DNA from: an uncultured Spirochaetota bacterium
Lineage (GTDB): Bacteria; Spirochaetota; Brevinematia; Brevinematales; JAOACQ01
NCBI GenBank assembly: GCA_963783575.1
Contig: CAWAOD010000011.1
Location: forward strand, 352,001-416,000
Length of the DNA stretch: 64,000 nt
Reading direction: 5' to 3'
The stretch's first letter is position 1. Every line of letters begins with the position of its first letter. Positions 1 through 10,924 of the stretch are shown here, in pieces. The position numbers and the translations under genes were made by a program. The notes beneath the pieces were generated by a model. That model did not search any database. It was not told the origin of the DNA and worked only from the letters and a program-made list of their open reading frames with translations.

Positions 1-185
1 GCCATCCTGACTTTCTTGGCGCCCCGGCCTATGGCCTTAAATTGCCCGGCATATTTCTCTTCTAATACATCCCAGGGAACAATATCTGCCATTTTGAGCC
101 ACCGGTTATTCGGATCCATCTTTCCGCCAAACGGCTGATAAAAATTTACAAATTTCAGTTCTTCTTTGTTTTCTTTATCATACAT
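1..185 (-). CDS. IS5-family transposase, N-terminal fragment (runs off the window edge)
   Basis: Manual translation MYDKENKEELKFVNFYQPFGGKMDPNNRWLKMADIVPWDVLEEKYAGQFKAIGRGAKKVRMA has the PFGG..NRW...A..(I/V)PW pattern of IS5 transposases; AGAGGT RBS upstream. Not in the ORF track. Confidence 0.8.
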   Translation of the reverse strand, partial: MYDKENKEELKFVNFYQPFGGKMDPNNRWLKMADIVPWDVLEEKYAGQFKAIGRGAKKVRM

Positions 186-304
186 TTTTCACCTCTAAAT
201 GCAAGGATTTTTATGCTTTTCCCCCTTTTTCCTTGCATTATTTTAAGGTAAAATTTAGAATATGTCATTATATTTCAATGCATTACACATTTTTCAGTAA
301 GCCC
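1..304 (-). mobile_element. IS5-family insertion sequence, left end (rest lies outside the window)
   Basis: Minus strand starts GGGCTTACTGAAAA at 304, resembling IS5-group terminal inverted repeats, upstream of a transposase N-terminus. The other end is not visible. Confidence 0.75.
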
Positions 305-379
305 TAAGTAAATTTGGTATTATTTATTGAAGGATAATTGTTTTTATGTGTATAATAATTATCAGATTTTTATAAATGG

Positions 380-1672
380 ATGTTTAATATAATGCCGGAA
401 GTTAGTGTTATAATTCCTTGTTATAATCAGGGGCAATATTTAGATGAGGCTGTCGATTCAGTTCTCAGACAAACATATCAAGATTTTGAGATTATTATTG
501 TTAATGACGGTTCAACAGATACAAAGACGATACAAAAATTAAAAACTTATGATAAACCAAAAACAAGAATAATTAATACAAAAAATATGGGTCTGGCTTC
601 AGCTAGAAATAATGGAATTAAAGAAGCGGCAGGAAAATACATATTACCCCTGGATGCTGACGATAAAATCGGGGAGGAGTATTGTAATATAGCGGTTAAG
701 ATATTAAATGAAAATTCCAGTATTGGAATTGTATATTGTAACGCTGATTTATTTGGAAAAATCAGTACGAAGTGGAATTTATTGGAATTTTCACTTGATA
801 ATATGTTAATTGATAATGTAATATTTTGTTCGGCTTTTTTCAGGAAAAAAGATTGGGAAAAAGCAGGCGGTTATAGTATTGAAATGATTTATGGCTGGGA
901 AGATTATGATTTCTGGCTTTCATTGATTGAATCGGGAGTTTTAGTCTATAAAATACCCGGTACTCATTTTTATTATAGAATAAATGAAGATTCTATGGTA
1001 AGGACAAAAACAAAAGAACAGAAAGTCGAAATGTTTAAAAAGATATATAATAAGCATAAGAATCTATATGATAAAAACATAGATGTTTTATTTAATAAAA
1101 TTATTGATAGTTCAAATCATCAATTTATTAGTCAGTTATACATAGATACATGTTTTGGCTTTAATGAAAAACAGGTAGTTACCAATAAAATATCTGGAAA
1201 TGAAAAAGAAATAGAGTTCATAGTGGATCAAAAGCAAAATATCAAACAATTACGTTTTGATCCTATTAATGATATGGCGGTTATTTGTTTATATAAAATT
1301 GTATTATATTCATCATCAGGAGAACAGGTCATTGAAGATGGCTTTCAATCCAATGCATTATTTCAAGAAAACAATAATTTCATTTTTTCTACAGAAGATC
1401 CGCAGTTTATAATTAATACTGAAAATATAAATAAGATAAAAAAAATAAAAATAAATCTTGAATTCATATCTGTCGGTCAGGATATATATGGATTTATGTC
1501 TAGATTTTGCGAGAAAAGTATTCGAGAAAAAGATAAACTTATTGAGAATCTGAATCAAAAATTAATAAATAAAGAGATGTATATAAATGAGATATTTCAG
1601 AGTCAGTCCTGGAAGATAACGGCTCCACTTAGAAAATTAAAGCAAATCATAGCATTGAAAAAATCAAAATGA
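380..1672 (+). CDS. GT2 glycosyltransferase with C-terminal beta-sandwich-like module and coiled-coil tail
   Basis: VSVIIPCYN, VNDGSTD, LDADD and WEDYDFW motifs; tail ends SQSWKITAPLR. Confidence 0.9.
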   Translation: MFNIMPEVSVIIPCYNQGQYLDEAVDSVLRQTYQDFEIIIVNDGSTDTKTIQKLKTYDKPKTRIINTKNMGLASARNNGIKEAAGKYILPLDADDKIGEEYCNIAVKILNENSSIGIVYCNADLFGKISTKWNLLEFSLDNMLIDNVIFCSAFFRKKDWEKAGGYSIEMIYGWEDYDFWLSLIESGVLVYKIPGTHFYYRINEDSMVRTKTKEQKVEMFKKIYNKHKNLYDKNIDVLFNKIIDSSNHQFISQLYIDTCFGFNEKQVVTNKISGNEKEIEFIVDQKQNIKQLRFDPINDMAVICLYKIVLYSSSGEQVIEDGFQSNALFQENNNFIFSTEDPQFIINTENINKIKKIKINLEFISVGQDIYGFMSRFCEKSIREKDKLIENLNQKLINKEMYINEIFQSQSWKITAPLRKLKQIIALKKSK

Positions 1673-1704
1673 AAATAGTATAATGAAAAATTTTGGAGTA
1701 ATTA

Positions 1705-3924
1705 ATGCATTATTTTAAAAAATTGATAAATATTTTTCAAATTAAAATCATTGGATTTTTTGAAAAATTAAAAAATTCAAATTTATTCAATCATTTATAT
1801 TATCATATAGATAGGATTTCATATACAACACAACTCTTTACATTTTCAGGATGGGCATTTTCAACTTTTAAATCAATAAAATCAGTAAAAATCATAGTTA
1901 TTGACGGAAAGAACAAAAAAGAAATCGATATGGAATATTTTCATCCCCGTTTTGATGTTTATCAAGTATATCAAAATAAAAATTCAAAATTAAGCGGATT
2001 TTTTTTGAGTGCCAAAGTTCAATTTGATAATCCTAAAAATTTGAAATACGAGTTATTGATAACATTTGAAGACGGCAGTATTAAAAAAATATTAAGAATA
2101 GGCATAAGTTATAATATAAAGTTATCAAAGAAAAATTTTATTAAATTAATTGATATTTTAAAATTAATACTCAATAAGAATAAGGGGATATTAAAATCAA
2201 TTAGAACTTTGATCGCTATATTGTTAAGCCATCAGCTGGAACTTTATGTAAAATATTTTAAAAATATTATAGAAAATGAACCGGGTAAAAAGGATTTACT
2301 AAAACAAAAAAAGGATACTTTTAAATACAGCCCAAAAATCAGTATTGTTGTACCTACTTACAATACTCCTGAGAAGTTATTGAAGGAAATGATTCGATCG
2401 GTTAAGAACCAAACTTACTCAAACTGGGAATTATGTATTGCGGATGGCAGTGATAAAAATAATATAGTTAGAAAACTATTAAAAGCATATGTTAGAAAAG
2501 ATAAAAGAATAAAATTAAAACTTTTGGATCGAAATAAAGGCATCGCTGCCAATAGTAATGAGGCTATATTGCTTTCTCATGGCGATTATTTAGGTTTTTT
2601 AGATCATGATGACTTACTTCAGCCTCATGCTTTATATGAGGTTGTAAAATGCGTTGAAAAAAACCGCGATGCTGATCTTATTTATTCTGATGAGGATAAA
2701 ATCTCGGAAGATGGAATATTGCGCTCCCTCCCATGCTTTAAACCTGATTTTTCTCCCGATACTTTAAGGAGTTACAACTATATATGTCATTTTACTGTTA
2801 TCAGGAAGGAAATCGGAGATAAATTGGGATGGTTCAGAGATGGTTTTAACGGCGCACAGGACTATGATTTGATTTTACGCGTATCGGAAGAAACTAGCAG
2901 GATAATCCATATTCCTAAAATTTTATATCACTGGAGATTAATAAAAAGTTCAACCGCTTTAAATCCAGATTCAAAAAAATATGCTTTTGAGTCAGGGACT
3001 AAAGCTCTGGTAGAACATTTGAAACGAAATGGAGTAAAATGGGAAACCATTAGCAATAAGATAATAGGAACCTATCAAATTAAATATGAATTGGATAAAA
3101 ACCATCTGATATCTATCATTATTCCAAATAAGGATGAGGTGAAAACACTTAAAAGATGTGTTAATTCAATAACTCAAAAATCGTCATATCAAAATTACGA
3201 GATTATCATTATTGAAAATAATTCAAGAAAAGAAGAAACATTCCAATTATATAATCAATTGAAAAAAAATAATAAAATCAGGGTAATTAAAAGGAATAAA
3301 CCGTTTAATTATTCGGAAGTAAATAATTTTGCGGCTCAAGAAGCGAAAGGAGATATCTTACTTTTTTTAAATAATGATACTGAAGTGAGAAATTCGGATT
3401 GGCTGGAGAGGATGCTGGAGCATGCCGAACGCAAAGTGGTCGGGGCGGTTGGAGCTAAGCTTTATTATCCGGATAACACCATACAGCATGGGGGCATTAT
3501 AATAGGTATTGGCGGCGCGGCAGGCCATTCGCATAAGCTTTATAAGGGTGAAGACTATGGCTATTGCGCCAGATTGGCGGTTATCCAGAATCTCAGTGCG
3601 GTCACAGGCGCCTGTTTGATGATGCGAAAAAATCTTTTCCAGGAATTGGGGGGCTTTGATGAGAATTACAAATTATCCTTCAATGATGTTGATCTTTGCC
3701 TTAAAATAAGGAGTAAAGGATACTTGATTGTTTGGACGCCTTTTGCCGAATTGTATCACCATGAATCGAAAACAAGGGGTTATGAGGATACTCAAGAAAA
3801 AGTAGAAAGGTTTGAAAGTGAAAGGGCTTTATTGTCCCAACGATGGGCGGAAATACTAAATAATGGTGATCCATATTATAATATTAATTTAACCCTAGTT
3901 AAGGAAGATTTCTCATTAAAGTAA
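1705..3924 (+). CDS. Two-domain GT2 glycosyltransferase (polysaccharide/O-antigen type)
   Basis: Two GT-A domains: ISIVVPTYN..LDHDD..QDYDL and ISIIIPNKD..LNNDTE..AVTGACL..FNDVDLCL..HHESKTRG. Confidence 0.92.
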   Translation: MHYFKKLINIFQIKIIGFFEKLKNSNLFNHLYYHIDRISYTTQLFTFSGWAFSTFKSIKSVKIIVIDGKNKKEIDMEYFHPRFDVYQVYQNKNSKLSGFFLSAKVQFDNPKNLKYELLITFEDGSIKKILRIGISYNIKLSKKNFIKLIDILKLILNKNKGILKSIRTLIAILLSHQLELYVKYFKNIIENEPGKKDLLKQKKDTFKYSPKISIVVPTYNTPEKLLKEMIRSVKNQTYSNWELCIADGSDKNNIVRKLLKAYVRKDKRIKLKLLDRNKGIAANSNEAILLSHGDYLGFLDHDDLLQPHALYEVVKCVEKNRDADLIYSDEDKISEDGILRSLPCFKPDFSPDTLRSYNYICHFTVIRKEIGDKLGWFRDGFNGAQDYDLILRVSEETSRIIHIPKILYHWRLIKSSTALNPDSKKYAFESGTKALVEHLKRNGVKWETISNKIIGTYQIKYELDKNHLISIIIPNKDEVKTLKRCVNSITQKSSYQNYEIIIIENNSRKEETFQLYNQLKKNNKIRVIKRNKPFNYSEVNNFAAQEAKGDILLFLNNDTEVRNSDWLERMLEHAERKVVGAVGAKLYYPDNTIQHGGIIIGIGGAAGHSHKLYKGEDYGYCARLAVIQNLSAVTGACLMMRKNLFQELGGFDENYKLSFNDVDLCLKIRSKGYLIVWTPFAELYHHESKTRGYEDTQEKVERFESERALLSQRWAEILNNGDPYYNINLTLVKEDFSLK

Positions 3925-3957
3925 TTGATTAATAATATGAAATAAATTGGTGAGTGT

Positions 3958-6510
3958 ATGAAATTGTTTCAAAGAGTACTAATATCGGCAATGTTTTTTT
4001 GTATATTTTGTTTTTTAATTTACATTTATGAACCAATTGGTAAATTGACATTTTCCATGGAAGTAAACACACAAATACCTGATATTTTCCAGTTATTTTA
4101 TGATTGTGGAAATGGGTATAATGAAAAGGATTCTATTAAAACCATTGTTCAGGGAAATGGTGATTTTGAAATAATTAATTTTACATTGCCTATTAAAATG
4201 TTTCGTAAGATCAGGATTGATCCGGGAACTCACATGGGTGATGTTATTATAAAGAGCATAAGTTTTCAATTAAAAAGCAAAAATATTATCTTTTGGAATT
4301 CCCAGGATATAATAAATAAATTTAAACCACTGAATCAAATTGATGTTTTTAATGAAAATAAAGGCTATGTCTATATTCATTCAATAGGAGAAGATCCTTA
4401 TTTTGAGTGTAATTTTGATATCAGGGATATTATTGACCCGATTAATATCAAAAATAATGTATATAAAATTCCTTTTCTAATTTTATCGTTAATTCTATCT
4501 ATTTCTTTTTTTTATATTCTTAAAACAAAGTATACTATGATTATTTTTATTTTTATTAAAGAAAATTTATTTAAAATAAAGAACGGGTTAAACAGTTTTG
4601 GTAAAATATTCAGTGAAGACCATTTAATAATATTCGATTATAAAGTTATATTATTACTAATGGTATTATTAATTTTATTTGTGATCACTGTTTCTTTTAA
4701 TATAACCAGTTCATCATTCGCTTATTGGGATAATATTGTGCCTCAGAGCAATGTTAAAAGTAGTGTTGTAATTGGAACTCCGAAAGGGATTAGAAGCGAT
4801 GAATGGAAAGAGGCTCCCTCATATCTATATCCTGTAAAATATAATCTTTCAGTAAATTCTCTTTTTACACTGAAGTACTGGGGTTATCTGTTGTTTGGTA
4901 CAGAAAGGGGTTATGCTTATTATTGGAACTTTATATGGTTCATGATTTTTATCGGTTTTTTTCTTTTACTACTGCTTTTAACAGGAAACAACTTCTGGCT
5001 CTCATTGACCGGTAGCATATGGTTTTATTTATCAGCCTACAACCAATGGTGGAGCGGCTGCGAAATCATAGTACCATTCAGTTTCTTATTCATAGGCATT
5101 GTTTACTTTTTATTCTCAACAAAAAAAATACTTATTTTAATCAGCTCTTATATAATTGTAGTATTTTTTCTTTATTTTATTCGATCCTTATATCCTCCCT
5201 GGTTGGTACCGGCAGGTTATTTACTTTTGTTTCTTTTCATTGGTTATAATATTCAAAATTATAAGTTTGACTACATAAAGAAAAATTTTATTTTTAAAAT
5301 GATTTTATTGACCACAGGAATTATTCTTATAGGTTTTTTATCATATAATTATTTTATTTCTTTAAAAGATGAATTCATGATAATCAATCAGACTGTTTAT
5401 CCCGGGCAAAGGAGATCATCTGGCGGAATAGCGGATGGAATGAATTTGATACGTTATTTTGGCGGATACTTTAATTTTTTCTTTCGCGATAATAATTTTC
5501 CCCGGATTTATGGGAATGTTTGCGAATCAAGCGGTTTTATATTATTATTTCCTTTAGCTTTCATTTTAATGTTAATAAATACTATTCAGAGAAAAAAAAA
5601 TAATTTTGTAGCAATATTATTGGTTGTTTATATTTTACTCATTTCTATTTGGATGCTCTTTGGTTTTCCGAAGTTTATAGCTGCAATAACTTTATTCGAT
5701 AGGGTACCTGCAATCAGAGCGCCCTTCGGGCTTGGAATTGCCAGTATTATATTAACTATAATTGTATTGAGTCAAAAGGATGAATCAATTTCTGAAAAAA
5801 ATAAAATTAATGAAAATTTAATTAAAAATTTGATTGTAATTCCTTTAATAGTTTTATTATTAATACTTTATGGAACATTATTAATTAAGTTCGATTCATA
5901 CTATACTTTAAAAAAAATAATTTTCATTGTTATTGCCATATCGGGAATATCATTTTTCTATTTAAACAATTTTAAGTTTTTATTTTGCTGTAGCATTTTA
6001 TTTATGGTCCTGCCGCATATTATGGTGAACCCGGTTAATATTGGATTTGATTCCATTATTAAAAAAAATATTATACAATTTGTGCTAGATATTGATCATA
6101 AAGATAATCAATCCAAATGGATTGTATATGATGATGCGGTAAAATCTAAATTTCTTAAAGCCGGGACTCAAAATATATTCAATACGAAATCCTATCCTGA
6201 TTTTAATGAAATGAAAATTTTAGACCCTCAAAATAAATACAAAGATATTTGGAACAGGTATTCTGCTTTTATAATAGTTAATTCAGATATAATATCCAAT
6301 GATATAATATTTATCTTAAATCAGGCAGATTTATATTCTATTAAAATTAATCCAAATTCCGATCTATTAAAACAATTGAATATAAAATACTTTGTTTTTG
6401 AAAATATTCCGAAGGATCTGGACCCGAAGAAATTTAAACAGCTTAATCTGAACCCTTTTAATAAGATGTATATATTTGAAAGAACCGATTTAATAACAGA
6501 TAGGAATTGA
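3958..6510 (+). CDS. Polytopic membrane protein, putative GT-C glycosyltransferase with N-terminal extracytoplasmic module
   Basis: More than 10 hydrophobic segments, IRSDEW loop, YPPW and TVYPG.R motifs; lies inside the glycan cluster. GT-C function is inferred. Confidence 0.6.
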   Translation: MKLFQRVLISAMFFCIFCFLIYIYEPIGKLTFSMEVNTQIPDIFQLFYDCGNGYNEKDSIKTIVQGNGDFEIINFTLPIKMFRKIRIDPGTHMGDVIIKSISFQLKSKNIIFWNSQDIINKFKPLNQIDVFNENKGYVYIHSIGEDPYFECNFDIRDIIDPINIKNNVYKIPFLILSLILSISFFYILKTKYTMIIFIFIKENLFKIKNGLNSFGKIFSEDHLIIFDYKVILLLMVLLILFVITVSFNITSSSFAYWDNIVPQSNVKSSVVIGTPKGIRSDEWKEAPSYLYPVKYNLSVNSLFTLKYWGYLLFGTERGYAYYWNFIWFMIFIGFFLLLLLLTGNNFWLSLTGSIWFYLSAYNQWWSGCEIIVPFSFLFIGIVYFLFSTKKILILISSYIIVVFFLYFIRSLYPPWLVPAGYLLLFLFIGYNIQNYKFDYIKKNFIFKMILLTTGIILIGFLSYNYFISLKDEFMIINQTVYPGQRRSSGGIADGMNLIRYFGGYFNFFFRDNNFPRIYGNVCESSGFILLFPLAFILMLINTIQRKKNNFVAILLVVYILLISIWMLFGFPKFIAAITLFDRVPAIRAPFGLGIASIILTIIVLSQKDESISEKNKINENLIKNLIVIPLIVLLLILYGTLLIKFDSYYTLKKIIFIVIAISGISFFYLNNFKFLFCCSILFMVLPHIMVNPVNIGFDSIIKKNIIQFVLDIDHKDNQSKWIVYDDAVKSKFLKAGTQNIFNTKSYPDFNEMKILDPQNKYKDIWNRYSAFIIVNSDIISNDIIFILNQADLYSIKINPNSDLLKQLNIKYFVFENIPKDLDPKKFKQLNLNPFNKMYIFERTDLITDRN

Positions 6511-6696
6511 ATACATGATAATATTATAGCTTATAGTATTTTTTGACGGGTTATTATACTTCTTCTATAATTTAGAAATTTTAATTTGAACATTTCAGAA
6601 AGAGGCGAAGGATTAATCCACACCCCTATGTTGAGAGGTTTCAAATGCTAATTTTTAATAAATGTTATGTTTTCAAATAAAGGTGAATGATTAAGG

Positions 6697-8766
6697 ATGA
6701 AATGCATTTCTTCGAAAGAAATAACAATTTCTAAATGGGAAATTTTATCATTAATAATGTTTACTGTTTTTTTCTCCGCATGGAATATAATAAATACTAA
6801 AACATTTTATTTTGAAACACCTTTATTTTTTTTGTTTTTATCTTTTTTTTGTTGGTTAACAGGAAAACTAATAGTAGAGATATTTCCACATATTTTTAAA
6901 AATTTAGCCGGCTTTAATTTATACTTTATTTTAGGTTTCTATTTTATTAATTCCTTGATTTTATGCATACAATTTATTTTTCCATTTAGTTTAAAAATGG
7001 ATTTAATTGTTAGTTTATTTTGTATATTAATTGCTTATGTTACTATATCGAAAGTATCAAAAATTCGTATAATAAATTTTATGGACAGTAAGGATAATTT
7101 ACAATCATTTCTTTCATTAATGTTAATAATGCTGGCTACTTCCCTTTGGACCCAATCTTCTATTAACGCAGTACTTAACAGCGGCGAAATAACTATATAT
7201 AAACCATGGATGGATAGTTTTTTTCATGCTCGCCAGATATGCGCTTTTACAGCTTCACATGGGTTTAATACTATTGGTAATATGCTTGTATCCGGGAAAC
7301 CACCTATTTTTTACCACTATGCGAGTTATATTATTCCAGCCGAATTATGTTCTTTCACACCTACTACCTCCTTTCAATCTTTTTGCAGTTTTCTAATCCC
7401 CTGCGGTTTATTTTTAACGGGATTAGCGGCCTTTATATTGATTGAATTATTTTGGGGATCCTGGGCTGGTTTTGCGGCTTGTGTGGCTTTATTTCTTATT
7501 CCGGACCCGTCTCGAATAATTCTTAATAATCATTGGTATAGTTATCAATGGCTTCAGCAAATAAGTCCTTCCGGGATGTATGGAATTGCTTTAATGGCAA
7601 TTGCCTGGATTTTTATGCTTGAGGGATGTAAAAAAGGAATCATTTCTGCAGTCATAATCAGCTATCTCATTACAATATTATGTATTAATTACAAATTTCA
7701 TTTATTTTTTGCAAATTCTTTTATAATATGGATTTATCCAACATTATTTTTCAATAAATTTTCTAAAGTTATAAAATCAATTTTGTTTATTTTTGCCGCA
7801 GCATTATATATAGCTATTATAATATATTCACAAAAATTTACCAATTTGCCTTATATTAATTTAGATGGCAGTGCAATTTCTAATTATTCAACTTTTGTTT
7901 TATCGATGTGTGAAAATAAATGGCTGCAGTCTTTTTTTTCTGCTAAGATATCAACAGGAATACCATTTATAAATACAATTTTAAATCTTTGCTTTTGGGG
8001 GATGATGATATTTATTAACACTTTCGGAATATTTGGCTTACTGTATTTTATTATTCTATGGCTACAGAGAAAAAAAATAAACTTAAACATACTCATATTT
8101 CCATTGATTATTATTGTCAATTATATGGTAATGTCACTTGGCCTGGCATACGATAAACATGGAATTGCTATGCCGGAAGAATTAATACACAGACCATTTA
8201 TCTGGGCGTATTTTATTGTCTGTATTTGGGTGGGTGGTGCTATTTATTTTTATCTACAAGATTATCTGGTTCAGAATAATAAGATACAAAAATCTTTTAT
8301 TTTTATAATTATTATTTCTTTTTTATTTATTCCATATAAACTTGGGGTTGATATTCAGGGAGGAATTTCCTGGGGTAAAAGCTATATTAATAACCAAATA
8401 CCTACTGGCTTGGTAAATTGTTGTGACTATATTCGGAATCATAGTTCAAAAAATATAGTTATTCAAGATTCGAGAGATGACAGGTTTGGAGAAGTGACAG
8501 CTTTATCAGAGCGTCAATGTTTTGTTATAAATTATTTCACACAAAGAATTTTGTTACCTGAGCAAATTACAAGAATTGAGGCGGTTTCAAATCTGAAAAA
8601 TATGAAGGATGAGTCAGAAATAAAGAATTTTTTCAGTAAAAACAAAATTGATATGTATGTATTACACTCTGATGAAGTTGTTAGCTGGCCAAAGAATATT
8701 TTAGATAAATATGTTTATCAGTCGTATGGATATAAAGTCTATTCTTATATTAATAGCTTTAATTAA
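6697..8766 (+). CDS. Polytopic membrane protein, possible GT-C glycosyltransferase
   Basis: Many TM segments; D..FH and FYHY motifs in an early loop; soluble C-terminal domain; glycan-cluster context. Confidence 0.55.
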   Translation: MKCISSKEITISKWEILSLIMFTVFFSAWNIINTKTFYFETPLFFLFLSFFCWLTGKLIVEIFPHIFKNLAGFNLYFILGFYFINSLILCIQFIFPFSLKMDLIVSLFCILIAYVTISKVSKIRIINFMDSKDNLQSFLSLMLIMLATSLWTQSSINAVLNSGEITIYKPWMDSFFHARQICAFTASHGFNTIGNMLVSGKPPIFYHYASYIIPAELCSFTPTTSFQSFCSFLIPCGLFLTGLAAFILIELFWGSWAGFAACVALFLIPDPSRIILNNHWYSYQWLQQISPSGMYGIALMAIAWIFMLEGCKKGIISAVIISYLITILCINYKFHLFFANSFIIWIYPTLFFNKFSKVIKSILFIFAAALYIAIIIYSQKFTNLPYINLDGSAISNYSTFVLSMCENKWLQSFFSAKISTGIPFINTILNLCFWGMMIFINTFGIFGLLYFIILWLQRKKINLNILIFPLIIIVNYMVMSLGLAYDKHGIAMPEELIHRPFIWAYFIVCIWVGGAIYFYLQDYLVQNNKIQKSFIFIIIISFLFIPYKLGVDIQGGISWGKSYINNQIPTGLVNCCDYIRNHSSKNIVIQDSRDDRFGEVTALSERQCFVINYFTQRILLPEQITRIEAVSNLKNMKDESEIKNFFSKNKIDMYVLHSDEVVSWPKNILDKYVYQSYGYKVYSYINSFN

Positions 8767-8938
8767 TTATAAATATGGAATTGATTCATTTTGGATTATA
8801 GTTATTAAGAAAATTTGGGTGTAGATAGTTTATAAAAGACGTTTATGTGAAAAATTAGTTTCTTAATTAAAGTATAAAATTCCAGTTAAAGAGTTATCAG
8901 TTATTGATACTAATAGATATGAAAAGGATAGATTTATT

Positions 8939-9649
8939 ATGAAAACTATTATAATTGTTCCCGCTTACAATGAAGAAAAAAATATAGCGGCTGTTATCGA
9001 ATCTTTAAAAAAACAAAATCAAGAGTGGGATATTATTGTGATCAATGATTGTTCTGATGATAACACCGGGGTTATAGCTGAATCTACCGGGAAAGCTTTA
9101 GTTATTAATCTTCCAATAAATCTGGGAATAGGCGGTGTAGTACAATTAGGTTTTAAGTATGCTCTGAGGAATAATTATGATATAGCTCTTCAATTTGATG
9201 GCGATGGTCAGCACAAAGCTTCCGAAATTGAAAAATTATTGGAACCGATCAAAAATGGTGAAGCAGATATTGTTATCGGTTCACGCTTTTGTGAAAAAAG
9301 AGATGGATATAAATCAACGGCAAGCAGAAGATTAGGAATTAAGGTATTTGAAATAATCAATTCATTATTGATTAAACAAAAAATCACAGATAATACTTCC
9401 GGGTTTCGTGCTTATAATAAAAAAACAATCGAATTTTTATCTAACAATTATCCCTCGGATTATCCTGAACCCGAAACAGTCGTATTGCTTGGAAGAAATG
9501 ATTTTAAAATTAAAGAAATATATACTGAAATGCAAGAAAGAAAAGCAGGGAAATCTTCAATATTCGGTTTAAAATCATTTTATTATATGATCAAAGTATT
9601 ATTAGCAATATTTATGACAGCAATAAGAAAGAAAATAAACAAGGAGTAA
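8939..9649 (+). CDS. Polyprenol-phosphate glycosyltransferase (DPM1/GacI-like GT2)
   Basis: IIVPAYNEE, INDCSDD, NLGIGG, FDGDGQH, IGSRF, D.TSGFR, DYPEPE. Confidence 0.9.
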   Translation: MKTIIIVPAYNEEKNIAAVIESLKKQNQEWDIIVINDCSDDNTGVIAESTGKALVINLPINLGIGGVVQLGFKYALRNNYDIALQFDGDGQHKASEIEKLLEPIKNGEADIVIGSRFCEKRDGYKSTASRRLGIKVFEIINSLLIKQKITDNTSGFRAYNKKTIEFLSNNYPSDYPEPETVVLLGRNDFKIKEIYTEMQERKAGKSSIFGLKSFYYMIKVLLAIFMTAIRKKINKE

Positions 9650-9652
9650 TTC

Positions 9653-10033
9653 ATGGGAAATACTGTGAATATTAATATTATACAATATGTTGCAATTGTT
9701 GGAAGCATAGCTTTTTTTTTGTTAATTGTAAATTTTGTCAGAAAAAAGAAAATAAAAGAAGAATATTCTTTACTTTGGTTTATTTTTAGCATTGTCTTTA
9801 TAATTATTTCACTGTGGAGAAAATTACTGGATTTATTAGCATATATTTTGGGTGTTGCTTATCCACCTGCGGCACTCTTACTCATATTTATATTGGTAAT
9901 ATTATTAATTTTAATTCAGTTTTCTATTACAATTTCTAAATTAAGTGATCAGAATAAAAATATGGCTCAGGAACTGGGGCTGCTCCGAGCAGAAGTTAAT
10001 ATATTAAAAAGGAATAATAAAATCGAACATTAA
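9653..10033 (+). CDS. DUF2304-family small membrane protein (GacJ-like partner of the upstream GT2)
   Basis: Three TMs, EEYSLLW, LGVAYPP, C-terminal MAQELGLL coil; directly follows a DPM-like GT2. Confidence 0.85.
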   Translation: MGNTVNINIIQYVAIVGSIAFFLLIVNFVRKKKIKEEYSLLWFIFSIVFIIISLWRKLLDLLAYILGVAYPPAALLLIFILVILLILIQFSITISKLSDQNKNMAQELGLLRAEVNILKRNNKIEH

Positions 10034-10092
10034 ATTTAAAATGTTATATCTGTTGAATTGTTAATTAAAACATACGGGGATATTTTATAATT

Positions 10093-10879
10093 ATGATTGA
10101 TTTACATACTTTTGTCGTATTGGCTTATAAGGAATCTGGGTATATCGCTGATTGTATAGGATCGTTATTGAACCAAACAATAAAAAGTAAAATTATTTTA
10201 ACAACATCAACACCTTCTTTTTATTTAAAAAATATAGCCGATCAATTTAATATTCCTTTATTAATAAATCCAGAAAAGAAAAATATTGCTTGTGATTGGA
10301 ATTTTGCATTTAAGAATTGCGATACTAAATATCTGACATTAGCACATCAGGATGATATATATAAACCTGAATATCTGGAAAATTGTTTAAATACAGCTGA
10401 AAAATACCCTGATAACTTGATTACATTCACTGATTATGACGAAATTTATCAGGGAAAAATCAGGAAAATTACTTTGATGCTTTTAATAAAAAAACTGTTA
10501 TTATGGCCATATTTATTTAAAAATGCAATTTCTAACCCTATTTTTAAAAGATTGATACTTTCTTTCGGATCATCTATACCATGTCCAAGTGTATTATATA
10601 ATTTGGTTAATTTAATAAATTTTAAATTTGAGGAAGAATTTTCAATAAATTTGGATTGGGATGCCTGGTTAAGATTATCAAAAAAAAAGAGGGAGCTTTA
10701 TTTATATTAAACATAAGTTATTATCACATAGAATATATGAACAATCTGAAACCAGCAAAGGTATAAAAGAAAAAAAAAGACAGGCAGAAGATTTAAAAAT
10801 TTTTCAAAAACTTTGGCCAAACTGGTTAGCAAATCTTATAAGTAAAATATATTTAATTAGTTATCGTTCTAATCAATAA
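10093..10879 (+). pseudogene. GT2 glycosyltransferase, frameshifted in an A9 tract (probable sequencing indel; phase variation possible)
   Basis: HTFVVLAYKES, AHQDD, CPSV, LDWDAW; removing one A at 10680-10688 continues as RGSFIYIKHKLLSHRIYEQSETS... to TAA at 10877-10879. Confidence 0.75.
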
Positions 10880-10924
10880 TGAAGCTTAACTATGAAAATT
10901 TGCTGAAGGTAGGTGTGAATTATT

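Noticed and set aside
6602..6628. Degenerate GTAG-type REP (similar TAGGGGTG start near 29942)
   Set aside because: Only two poorly matching copies; too weak to call.
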